Notes: generated by a model from the letters alone, not told the origin. 64,000 bases of DNA from Vicugna vicugna (GCA_013265495.1 MU058205.1:446312-510311), one strand, 5' to 3'; positions 41,008 to 52,391 are shown, counted from the stretch's first letter. Made by a program: numbers and translations.

Positions 41008-41531
41008 TGTTGCAGCAAAGTGTGTTGCAGCTCGGTGTTACAGCTCAGTCGTGACAGCAACTTGGATCCTGGCAAGAGACCAAGCAGCACTCGGAGGGTT
41101 GAAGAACTCGGGTTTATTATGCCAGCGTGCCCAGAGGAGTTCACACTCCAAGCTCTGGACCCCGTCTGTAGGTTTACACAGGCTTTTATAGGCTGCCAGT
41201 CTACACTTAGCAACAGCATATGCAAATAAGGTGTAACAAATTTGACTAATTAGGAACGAGCTTTGTAGAAATGGACCAATCAGGAGTGGTAGAAATGTAC
41301 CAATCAGGAGTGAGCTCCATGCAAATGAAGCACTACGAATTGACAGATCAGGAGTGAGCTCAGGGAAGCAATAGAATCTGAGAGGTAAGTTCCGCTTTCC
41401 TAGAAGCAAGCCGTTTCAGAGGCAAAAAGCAAGATAACGCCACAGGGCCAGGGAACCGGATGGTGCTGGCAGGAGAGTAGTGGCCCTGCCTGGGGGTCCT
41501 GCTGGTCTTTTTCATGGGGCTTCCCGCCTCA
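41008..41531 (-). mobile_element. ERV solo LTR
   Basis: Minus strand TGAGGCGGGAAG...CA, with TATAAAA (41184-41190) then AATAAA (41113-41118) in U3-R order. Internal 24-bp tandem repeat. Confidence 0.75.
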
Positions 41532-41689
41532 GTACTTAACCTTGGAGCCTCTTCAAATTCTCTCTAGGACATTCTGTGTACATGTATATGTGTCCTTTAC
41601 TGGTGGGAGGGTCCCTGGTTCCCTTTAGATCTCAGTGAGTCTGTGGCCCCATAGAGATCAAGAACCACTACCGAGGAGAAGAACCTGGT

Positions 41690-41977
41690 GAGGCAGGCAG
41701 GCAGGGGAGGCGGTAGGGATGAGGAGGTGCCCTGTCGTGAAAATACTCAAGCAGACCTATGGAGAGGACCACACAGTAAGGAACTGAGGCCTCCTGCCAG
41801 CAGCCATGTGAGTGTGCCATCTTGGAAGTGGTCCCTGCAGCCCCGGTCTGAACTTCAGATGATGCAGCCTCAGCCAACGACTTAACTCCAGCCTTACAAG
41901 AGACCCCCAAACCAGAAGCACCTAGTTAAACTGCTCCAGGTTCCTGTGCCACAGAAACAGGCAATAATAAATGTTTA
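41690..41977 (+). mobile_element. MaLR MLT1-type LTR, split by the L1 at 41978-45132 (resumes ~45133-45220)
   Basis: GGAGAGGACCACACAGTAAGGAACTGAGGCCTCCTGCCAGCAGCCATGTGAGTG...AATAAATGTTT. Confidence 0.75.
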
Positions 41978-42058
41978 GGTCTTGGAGAGCAAGAAGGCAG
42001 AATAGAAGGGATGTGAGGCTCACCTCCTCCCACAAATACAATAAAAACACATCTACAT

Positions 42059-42839
42059 GACATTGTATCTCCATTATCTATTCAACTATTGATGTGCACT
42101 TAAGATGTTTCCATATCTTGGCAATTATAAATAATGTTGCTGCTAATAGCAGGGTGTGTGTATCTTTTTTGAGTTAATTCTTATTTTGTGGTTGGCTTTA
42201 TTCCTTTGATAACTATGTAAGTTTAAAAAGCTAAAGCTCTAAATGTTCTTAGAAACAATGAACAGTAAATATATGTAAATTAAAAAATACATGTGCAGTG
42301 AAAAAATAATGATCTATCAAGTCATGAAAGACATGGAAGAAACTTAAAAGACATATTACTAAATGAAAGAAGCCAGTCTGAAAAGGCTTCAAACTGTATG
42401 ATTCCAACCAAATGACATTCTGGAAAAGGCACAGCTACAGAAACAATAAAAAGATGGTGATTTCCAGGGCTCTGGGGAGAGGGAGGGAGGGAGGAATGAC
42501 TAGATGGAGCACAAGGGATTTTTAGGGCATTGAAATTACTCTGTGTGATACTATAGTGGTGGCTACGTGTCGTTCTGCATTTGTCAAAACCCACAGAATG
42601 TACAACATCAAGAGTGAGCCCTAATCTAAACTATGGACTTTGGTTGATAATAATGTGCCCATGTGAGTTCATCAGTTGTACCAAATATGCCCCACTGATG
42701 AGGGATGTTGAGGGGAGGGGAGTGTATGTGTGTGGGTGGGGAGGGCTATGTGCAAACTCTGTATTTTCTGCTTAATTCTGTTGAGAACCTGAAACTGCTG
42801 TAAAAGAATAAAGTCTATTTTAAAAGAAAAACCAGAAAA
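42059..42839 (+). mobile_element. Composite retroposed insertion: inverted L1 ORF2 piece, non-standard tail, L1MC1-like segment, poly(A)
   Basis: TSD AAAAA(C/T)ACATCTACAT at 42043-42058 and 42840-42855; AATAAA at 42807-42812. 42176-42300 matches 7523-7645; 42322-42822 is the inverse of 40044-40535. Confidence 0.8.
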
Positions 42840-44744
42840 AAAAATACATCTACATATGGAAAAATTCTCACAGAAAACACACTGAATGCTGGCAGAAGAT
42901 CTCATACAACCAAAGCTTCAAGAAAGATCACCACATAACCAAGCAGGACAGAATTTTTTAAAAAGGAATTGGGGTGGGGCCTGCACCCCTGGGAGGCAGC
43001 TGTGAAGGAGGAAAGATTTCCTCACCCTGGGAACCCCCTTCACCACCTGGGCGATCAGCTGGGAGCTTCAGAGGCTCAGAGAAGAGTACGCCTGCGGACT
43101 GCAGCGGGCAGAACAGAGGAATCCAGCACAGAGGGCCCTTGCCACCTCCAGCCGGAGACACACACGTGTTGGTGTGTGCAGTGGCCAGGTACTAAAACTC
43201 CGGCTTCAGCAGACAGACCTGGAGAGAAGACTGGGGTTGGCTGCATGCAGACAGGCTGAAGTGGCTGGCACGTGGTTCGCTTCGTGACCGGGGGTGCGCA
43301 CAGGACGGAGCCCGGGTCCCCCATAGAAGCCTCATTGTTAACATGCACACAGAGGGAGCAGCGGGGGCCCCCACGGCAGCCTCATCCTCGGGGTGCGCTC
43401 CCAGTGGGCGTGGCTCTGCCTCGGGGAGCTCTGGGCGCGCACAGCGCGTGGGTGGGTGGGGGAATGCCCGCACGAGGGCGCATGGCTTTGTGAGCTCAGC
43501 GCCTGCAGGACATCCACGCAGGTTACTGGTGCGCCCGCGGCTGCGCGGGTCCAGAGCGCTCTGAGCAGAGGCAGAGCTGGGCTCTGGGCTGATCCCACAG
43601 CTCCCTCGGGGGGGTCCGGTGCGTGGTCCCTGTGCCTGACTTGGGCGGATCTACACTGGGGGATCTGCGCTGGTGGCTCTGTGAGCACAGCGTGTGAGAC
43701 ACCCAGCTTAACTGCCATCAGTCCCACAGTTAAGGTGGGCTGAGGGCAGTGCCAACAACACTTCCTCACATCATACATAAAAATAAACTCAAAATGGCTT
43801 AAAAACTTAAATACAAGACATCACACCATAAAAGTCCTATAAGAGAACATAGGTAAAACATTCTCTGACATAAATAATAGTAATGTTTTCTAAGGTCAGT
43901 CTCCCAAGGCAGTAGAAATAAAAGCAAAACTAAGCACATGGGACCCGATCAAACCTATAAGCTTTTGCAGAGCAAACAAGCCTCATCAACAAACAGAAAG
44001 ACAGCCTACGGTCTGGGAGAAAATATTTGCCAACCATGCAATCGACAAGGACTTAATTTCCAGAATATACAATCATTTCCTACAACTGACTCAATAACAA
44101 AACAAACAAATAGATAAACAAAAAGCCCAATCAAAAAATGGGCAGAATACCTAAATAGATGTTTCTCCAAAGAAGACGTACAGACGGTCAACAGGCACAT
44201 GAAAAGATGCTTAACATTGCTAATTATTAGAGAAATGCAAATCAAAACTGCAATGAGATATCACCTCACGACAGTCCGAATGGCCATCATTAAAAAGTAC
44301 AAATAGTAAATGCTAGCGAAGGTTTGGAGAAAAAGGAACCCTCCCACACTGTTGGTGGTAATGTAAATTGGTGCCAGCAATCCCATTCCTGGGCATAAAT
44401 CCAGAGAAAAATGTAATTCAGAAAGATAGATGCACCCCAATGTTCACAGCAGCACTATTTACAATAGCCAAGATATGGAAGCGACCTAAATGTCCATCAA
44501 CAGATGACTGGATAAAGAAGTTGTGGTATAGTTATACAACAGAATACTACTCAACCATAAAAAAGAATAAAATAATGCCATTTGCAGCAACATGGATGGA
44601 CCTAGAGATCGTTATTCTAAGTGAAGCAACCCAGACAAAGATAAATATCATAAGATATGACTTATATGTGGAATCTAAAATATGATACAAGTGAACTTAT
44701 TTATAAAACAAAAACGGACTTACAGACATAGAAAACAAGCTTAT

Positions 44745-44875
44745 GGGGGGTGGTGGGTATAGTTCTGTGATAGAGTATGTGCTTAGCATGCACAAAGTCC
44801 TGGGTTCAATCCCCACTACCTCCATTAAAAATTAATGAATTAATAAACCAAATTATTCTACTCCCCCCAAAAAAC
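44745..44875 (+). mobile_element. vic-1-like SINE nested in the L1 3'UTR
   Basis: GGGTATAG...CTTAGCATGCACAAAGTCCTGGGTTCAATCCCC. Confidence 0.85.
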
Positions 44876-45504
44876 TTATTGTTCCTAGAGGGGAAAGGAG
44901 AGGGGACAGATAAATTGGGAGTTTGGAATTAGCAGATACAAACTATAAACTACTATATATGAATAGATGAACAACAAGGTCCTACTGTACAGCACAGGGA
45001 ACTATATTCAATATCTTGTAATAAACATAGTGGAAAAGAATACATATGCATATGTATAACTGAATCACTTTGCTGTACACCGGAAACTAACACAACATTG
45101 TAAATCAGCTACACTTCAATAATAAGTAAATAAATAAATGTTTATTGTTTTAAGACACTAGTGTTGGTGTGATTTTTTTTTTAAGTTTTGTTGTAATTTG
45201 TCACAGAGAAAAATATGACAGATCCCTTTAACGTATTCCAGCTCCATTCCTGAGCATCACTGTCTTTGGCTCATTTGACGATTCCGCTTCCACAATACCC
45301 TTCTTCATGATATTTCCACACATGGACCAAAGCAAACTGACTTCAGAACTGAGCTCCCAGCCTCTGCCCTGTATAACCTCCCTGCTTCTCTTACACAGTA
45401 ATACAGCATTTGCGAGGCACTCTACTTCCAGAATGCGTGATCACACTTCCTCCTCACAGGAACGCTGGGGTGAGAAACACTTATTTCTGCTTTTCTCTCT
45501 CTCT

Positions 45505-45643
45505 TTTTTTTTTTCACATTTTATTTATTTATTTATTTATTCTGTGGGGAGAGGTGATTAGGTTTACTAATTTATTTTTACAGGAGATGCTGGGGATTGA
45601 ACCCAGGACCTTGTGTATGCTAAGCCTGCATTCTACCCTCCCC
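45505..45643 (-). mobile_element. vic-1-like SINE
   Basis: Antisense CTGGGGATTGAACCCAGGACCTTGTGTATGCTAAGC. Confidence 0.85.
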
Positions 45644-45771
45644 CGGCACTTCTCCATTTCGTAGTTTATAGAAATGAGACTCAAAGAAAGTGAAGTGATT
45701 TGTCCAAGATCACACAGGGAGTGTAGCTGGAATTCAAAACAGGTCTTCTGGCTCCAAATCCCAGGCTCCTT

Positions 45772-46215
45772 CTGTATTAGTTTGCTGGGGCTGCCATAAC
45801 GAAAAAGCACAAACTGAATGACTTAAAACGGTAGGAACACATTTGCTCACAGATCCAGAGGCTGGAAGTCCAAAATCAAGGCCTCAGCAAAGTCCTTCTG
45901 GAGGCCCTGGGGGAAGGTCTGGCCACACCCCTCTCCCAGCTTCTGGTGTTGGTGACAGTCTTGAATGTCCCTTGGCTTGTGGCCACATCATTTAACCTCT
46001 GCCTCCGTCCTCACATCGCCTTCTCTCCTGGTGTGTCCCTCTCCTCTTCTTATAAGGACACTGGTCTTCCTGGATTAAGGGCTTGCCCTAAAGACCTGAT
46101 CTTAACTTACGTCTTAACCACACCTGCAAAGACCTTATTTTCAAATAAGGCCACATTCACAGGTACCAGGGGTTAGGCGTTCATCATATCTTTGGGGGAA
46201 CACAAATTCGCCCAC
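45772..46215 (-). mobile_element. MaLR MLT1-type LTR
   Basis: TGTATTAGTTTGCTGGGGCTGCCATAAC...GGCTGGAAGTCCAAAATCAAGG...TCTTCTTATAAGGACAC...CACATTCACAGGTACCAGGGGTTAGG. Confidence 0.85.
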
Positions 46216-46334
46216 AAAACTTTCATAAATTACGTTCTTCCCTAGCAGATAATCCGGGGACAATCATCAGACTGACCCCTCCACTGGGAATTCTCGGGAT
46301 TGTCCTTGCTGGCCTGGGACAGTACACAAGGCAC

Positions 46335-46348
46335 CCGCCAGGGGGCAC
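46335..46348 (+). promoter_or_regulatory. Candidate CTCF site
   Basis: CCGCCAGGGGGCAC fits the CTCF core CCRSYAGRKGGCRS. Confidence 0.45.
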
Positions 46349-47626
46349 CCCTCGACCAGAAGATCACTCACAAATAATTGGGTTTATTAGATTCCTTAGC
46401 TGAATTTGCTTCTTAATTTTATTTCTTAAATCAGGATCTTCAACTTTGATAGTCCAGAGAGATTCAAGAATTTCCTGGGTTTCCAATGACAGATTTCGGA
46501 GCAGCTTTAAATCTCATTGTTTCTGAGTTTGCAGACCTGGAGCTGGAGTCACCCTGTGCCGGTAGGTTATCCAGGGAGACGGAGCCCCTCAGTGTCTTAA
46601 ACAGGAGACGCCCTCGGGAAGCCAGGAGAGCGAAACTAGAGGGGCCAGAAGCGCCCACTGGGTCCAAGATTCAAGGGAGATCAGGGGTAGAAAAGCAAGT
46701 TGCACAGTAGGACAGCGTTTGCTCCGGGCCTGGCTCGGGCAACTGTCTCTCCGAGGTCATTTTCAACTCTCAGCAAACCTGCCCGAGAAGAGAAGTCTGC
46801 TTCGGCCGCCACTTCCTCGGTGCTGTCGCTGCAGCCTCCTTCCCGCTCAGACACGCGTCCCACAAACCTGCCCCCGGACCCCACTGCGCGCCAGTTCCCA
46901 AGGAGCCCCCGAGTTCCAAAACCGCTTCTCCCACAAACAACATCTTCCCTTCCCTTAGGGTCAGGATGAAGAAAGGCCACGTGAGGCTTGCGAGCTGAGC
47001 AAGAAGGGGCTGGAAGGGGCACGTACAGAGGCGGCCTCAGAGGAAGGGCCCTGACTCCGGGCCCTGGGTGGCTCTCCCGTGCTGGGGATTTGGGCGCTAA
47101 GCCCCAGCACGGGCTCTGAGCGCATCTGAGATGGCTTAAAGGCTCACCGTAGTCTCCGTGACCATCTTTCCTGTTTCCTTACAGGTGGTCCCAGCATTCG
47201 CTCATCCATTCATTCATCCCACAAAAATGGGGGGGGCACCCAAAATGTGCCTGGTGCTGAGGCAGGTGCAAGAAGGGAAAAGAAAGAAGCAGAAAGGAGG
47301 TAAGTCAGGCCTCAGACAGGTTACACTCCTGGCTCAGAGGCTCCAGACACCCCGCCCAGCGGACACTGAGCCACTGCTAAATCATGGGGTCGGGAGAGTG
47401 AAAGAAAGAAAGAAACGGAACAGATTGCACCTTAAGAAGGTAAGAGTTGGTGAATCAGACCCTCGAGATGGGACCCAGAACCGTGTGTTTCTGAGGGTCC
47501 CCCAGGTGTTCAGTGTTTCAGAATCTGCAGACGTCTGCTCTTCTGAGAAGAGAGGGGGGCCTGAACCAATGCCTAGCACTGCTATGCTGGGTTTACGGCT
47601 TTGGAGGTCACCTGGGTGATGAAAAG

Positions 47627-48075
47627 TGTTACGGGTTGAGTTGTGTCCCTGCCCTCCAGACTCACATGTTGAAGTCCTAACCCCCAGTACCTCAGACAGT
47701 GACCTGATTGAGAAACAGCATCTTACAGATGTAATTAGCTAAGATGAGGTCATTAGGGTGGGCTGAATCTGGTATGACTGGTGTCCTTATAAAAGGGAAA
47801 TTTGAACACACACACACACACACACACACACGAAGAAGAATGCCCTGTGAAGATACAGGTAGAGATCAGGGTGATGCTTGTAGGAAGGACAAAGATGGCC
47901 AGCAGATTCCCAGAAGTTAGGAGAGCGGCATGGAGCAGACCCTCCCTCGCAGCCTCAAAAGGAGCCAACCTTGCCGACACCTTGATCTCGGACTTGTAGC
48001 CTCCAAGGCTGGGGGACAGTAAACGTCTCCTGTTTAAGCCCCTCAGTCTCTGGCCCCTTGTTACAGTAACCCCGG
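47627..48075 (+). mobile_element. MaLR MLT1-type LTR containing (CA)n
   Basis: TGTTACGGGTTGAGTTGTGTCCC...GAAGTCCTAACCCCCAGTACCTCAG...GCCGACACCTTGATCTCGGACTT. Confidence 0.85.
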
Positions 48076-49869
48076 GAGGTGGAATGGTGCAAACACCGCA
48101 CATATGCCGGCCGAGTCTACACCATCTCAGGCAAAGGAAGGGAGATTCTAACGCCTCTGACTTAAATCTCTCCTGTGAAGTCGAGGGAGCATCACTAAAC
48201 CCAGGAGGCTCCTTCTCTTTGGCCCCATTAGTCTTCCACGAAAAGGCACACTCCACCTAGCTGATGGGTGGAAACAATATTGGCTACTGTTTGTGTCCAA
48301 GTAAAGATGGAGAGGGCAACACGAAGGCGGAGTTGGAAGGAGGGAGGAGGGCAGGCTGGAAACGGAGGACGTGGCAGGTGTTCACAGCAGTGAGAAAAAT
48401 CCCACCACAGTCTCATGGGACATGCTATACGTTCCCATGGGAAAGCCAATCAACTCCTATCAGAACTTCTTAAAATCAGCCTAGAGAGGAGCCCGAAAGA
48501 GCATGAAAGGGCTTCGGGGGTGACATAAAAGCTCCACATCATGATGGCTGTGGTTGTCTGTGACACAATTGTGTAAGATTTGTCAAGATTCACTGACTCA
48601 TACACAAAATCAGTGAATCCTGTTGCATGTAAATTATACCTCAGTAATGCTGATTGCAGTAAAACATCATCAGCTCATAAAGGAAAATTTGGTGCAATGT
48701 GTTTGGTGGTGACTGGGGAGAAAATCCAAAAAGCAAAGCAAAACAAAACAAAACTTGTTTTGCATCTTTCTAAGAAACCAGACTAAAAATAAGCCATTTG
48801 ATTTGAAACCCAGCATGGAAAAGAAATGGAAAAATAGAAGAAAGATAATTCCATGGTACTTTTATCAGAAAATGGAAAGAAAACACATGTATTTCAGTAT
48901 CCTCAGGAAGCGAGTTAATTTGATATGTAAAATATAATAAAAAGAGGAAATGGAAAATCTTCTTCTTCTGAATACAGAACAAGAATTAAGAGAGCTCACG
49001 AATAATCCCTGAATGCTGTTAATGCAGAAATAAGCAGACAACTGCTCTCATTAGAACGAATGGAAGATTTGCTGGTAACTTTCAAATTAAAAGATGGTTG
49101 TGGGGAATTACCACGTCTCTGAACTGCACGCGCAGCTCTGCAGCCTCCACTTAACACGCTACATTGTACATCTACATCGAGCACTTGCAGTATGGACCCG
49201 TCAGATAAAGGAGCGCCCCATGCTTTTAGAGGAAGTCCAAAGCCTTGAGTTGGGTGTTGGAGAACTGGATGTTAACTTTAGTTTCTGTCTCACAACAGCC
49301 TGGGCTTATGTTCAAGTCCCAGAAGTGCTCTGGGAACTTGCTCCCATAAGCACTTCCCCACTCACATCTCCAGACACGTTCAGATCCTAGGGCTGAGAGA
49401 GCCCTGGTTTGGTACCATCCTCGTCTGTAAAGGAGGTTGAGGAGAGCTACCTGGGCAGGTGTTGTGGGGGTCAAGGGACGTTACAGAAAGCACCCAGACA
49501 CGGCGTGGCTCAAACGGCGTTGTTTTGCTTAGGTTCCTTACATTAAACAAGTCGATGCCTTTTCAGGTCACACTTCTGTATTTTGGACATATTATACTGC
49601 GGTTTTTTTTTTCTTACATATTATAGATGAAAAGGAGAGGTATCTCGTTTACTGTGGCCTTAGAGAAAAACCCCACCATTGGTACATATTAGCAGTGAGA
49701 ACTGGGGCAAAATATGTAATCCATCCAGACCTCCAATGCCTGATCTACAAAATGAAATAATACCTACCTCGTGAGTGTGTTGTAAGGATTGGGTTTTATA
49801 ATACACATAAAGCATGAAGCACTACACCTAGTGTTTAATTAAGTACTCAATAAATAATATTGCTTGATA

Positions 49870-50075
49870 CTTTTTTTTTTATTGGAGTACTGTCAGTTAC
49901 AATGTGTCAGTTTCTGGTGTACAGCACAGTGTCCCCGTCATGCATACACATACACATATTTGTTTTCATATTCTTTTTCATCAAAGGTTATTACAAGATA
50001 TTGAACATGGTTTCCTGTGCTATACAGCAGAAACTTTTTTAAAATCTATTTTAATATATAGTGGCTAACATCATC
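49870..50075 (-). mobile_element. Young L1 3' end fragment
   Basis: Poly(T), CAGTTACAATGTGTCAGTTTCTGGTGTACAGCAC; TTGATACTTT repeated on both sides. Confidence 0.8.
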
Positions 50076-50229
50076 AGTTGATACTTTGAAATGATTTTAT
50101 TCCAGCCTTTCCACAATTACACGGTGCCATACAAAAGACTGACTTTTAAATTTCCCATCAATCAATAAGTTTAAAATTAAGTTTATGACATTAAATTAAA
50201 TCCAAATTAATAAAGAGCTGTTGAGTTTT

Positions 50230-51550
50230 GTTTCATTCACTCACTCATCCAACAGCTATTTGACTGCTGAGGGTTTGCTAGGTGCCACATGTTATTTTAG
50301 GCATGAGGACAGAGCAGGGAACATGACAGACACAAGCCCCTTCCTTACAGAGCTCACAGAGGGGAGCAGAAAATATACTAACAAATGACGTATGCGATAA
50401 ATGCTGGGGCGGGAGGTACCCAAAGTAGGAGGTATGTGGAGGGCTGGGGAGGAGAGCGATTGCTATGTTATGTCTGAAACAGGAGGCCTCACTGATGAGG
50501 TGACATATAAGAAGAAAACATGACATTTGGGACAAGAGCACTCCAGGCAGAGGAAGAGCATCTGCAAAGGCCCTGGGGCCAAAGCCTGCTTGGTGTGCTC
50601 AAGACCCAACAAGAAGCCAAGAGGATGGCGTGGAGGGTGGGAGGGGAGGGGTCAGAGCAGAGGCAGACCACGGAGGTCTCAGAGGCCAAGGGCAGTAATG
50701 AGATGAAGGCTTCCGTTTGAGCGGAGAGCACCAGGGCAGGGTGAACTTACAGCCACCCCTCCCGAGCCCCCCAACACTGGCCCCTGTGAATTGTTCTTTT
50801 TGGTTGTTTACCACAAATTCATAGGTCCGCTCCCGAGACCCTGTGCAGGATAGACCGCAGGGAGCAGGAGAGGCCAGGTGGACGCGGGACATCATAGCAC
50901 AGGTGGTAAAAGGGCGGAGATTCTGGTTGTTTTGAAGCTGGAGCCCTGGGGACTCGCAGAGTGTCAAAGGCAAGCCTGAGTGGCAGGTGGAGTCAAGGAG
51001 GGCTTCAAAGCTTCCGGTTACTGAGATGGGAACGGCTGCAGGGGGCGCAGGTTTGTGGGAGCTTTGGATGTTAGATTTTTATTTTGTTAGTATTTTTTAA
51101 TTGTTTAAAATTGATTAATTAACTTACATGTATTCTTTGAGGGGAGGTAATTAGGTTTATTTATGTATTTGTGTTTAGAGGAGGCACCGGGGATTGAACC
51201 CGCGGCCTCGCGCATGCCGAGCACGCGCCCCACCACTTGAGCGATGCCTCCCCGCTGCGCTGTGAGTATCACGGAGCCCAGCAGGCGTCCGAGTGGAGCT
51301 ACGCAGTGAGCACCCGGAGACGCAAGCCCGGGCTGGAGGGAAATGGAGGAAGCAGCAGCTTTACAAGGTATTTAAAGGCCTGCGACTGGATGAGGTCTAC
51401 CGACGGGGACGTGAATGAGGGGAAAGAGGTCCCCCGCCCGCCGAGGGAGCAGTGCTCCTGGCTCCCCCCGGGGGTGACAGAGCGGGGGGCGGGGCTGCTG
51501 CTCAGGGCCGGATGGGGGAGGGGAAGCTACCGGAGTCAGGTGAAGGGTCG
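50230..51550 (-). mobile_element. L2 fragments
   Basis: CATTCACTCACTCATCCAACA...CACTCCAGGCAGAGGAAGAGCATCTGCAAAGGCCCTG...GGTATTTAAAGGCCTGCGACTGGATGAG. Confidence 0.7.
51075..51253 (-). mobile_element. vic-1-like SINE with unusual GC enrichment
   Basis: GAGGCACCGGGGATTGAACCCGCGGCCTCGCGCATGCCGAGCACGCGCCCCACCACTTGAGCGATGCCTCCCC aligns to the other copies. Confidence 0.85.
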
Positions 51551-51871
51551 CCTGCGGAGGCAGGAGGGAGGAGCCCCCAGCACTCACTCAGGAGCGCTCC
51601 TAATCCTGAATCAGTGGCAACCCGGTAGCACAAGGAAGCCAGGGTGAGTCATCAGAAGGGCCTGGCCTCAGTGACGGGATAAAATGCCGCTCTGGGTCCA
51701 GCAAATGAAGCTTCAGAACAAGACCTGAAAGCATCAGATTTCTTTCCAAGTGGCTTAACAGTATCCTAGAACAGAGCTTAAAACTCTTTTTATATAGAAA
51801 TAAAGTGAACTTCTCCACGTCTGGCATCCAATCAGAAATTACCTGGCGCGTAAGGGAGGAAAGTACTCCAG

Positions 51872-52391
51872 TGAACGAAGAATACTGCCAGCCCTACCAG
51901 TCAGCAAAGGACGCTGTGCCATCGAGTCATCAGCTGCTACTGCCACCCCCTCCACACACACACACACACACAGTGAGCAGAGGGAACTCGGGATGCAGGC
52001 AAGCCGGCAGCCTGGCCTCTGCAGCCACCCCCAGCCAGGTACCCTGAGGGAACTCAGGATGTGAAAGAACACTATACTGGACCTGAATAGCCAGGTGCGT
52101 ATCAAAGGAATGATTTCAATGAGCCCAGACCTTCGCACCTTCCCAGAAATAGAAAGCGCTAAATTCCTTAACTTGAGATGTCTGGTTTTCTTTGATTAAC
52201 AGTCATCTTTTGATGTTCCGCCTACCTGGTCTCTGCTCCAAAAACTCAGATATCCTGGCTTCTCCCTTGCCACTTCGGAGCAGTCTCTCAGAGTGACCTG
52301 AGAGGCTGTCACCCCAGGCTTAAGTCCTCAGAAACGTCCACCAAATAAAATAAAAGTCTCAAGTTTTAGGTGAATTTTATTTTAGTCGGCA
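51872..52391 (+). mobile_element. ERV1 solo LTR (MER41-like)
   Basis: TG...CA ends and AATAAA near 52344. Homologous, in inverse orientation, to 29596-30075. Confidence 0.75.

Larger units (their letters stand above)
41978..45132 (+). mobile_element. Lineage-specific L1 with 5'UTR and 3' end but lacking ORF1 and most of ORF2
   Basis: 5'UTR start GCAAGAAGGCAG...CTCACCTCCTCCCACAAATACA, CpG-rich to ~43755, then directly late ORF2 (AACACTTCCTCACATCATAC...), 3'UTR and tail. TSD AATAAATGTTTA at 41966-41977 and 45133-45144. Confidence 0.85.

Noticed and set aside
41265..41360. Short direct repeats resembling an array
   Set aside because: Two to three LTR U3 repeats without unique spacers in eukaryotic DNA; not CRISPR.
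44368..44685. 105-aa ORF (also 7214-7417 and 8316-8582)
   Set aside because: L1 ORF2 C-terminal remnants, not host genes.
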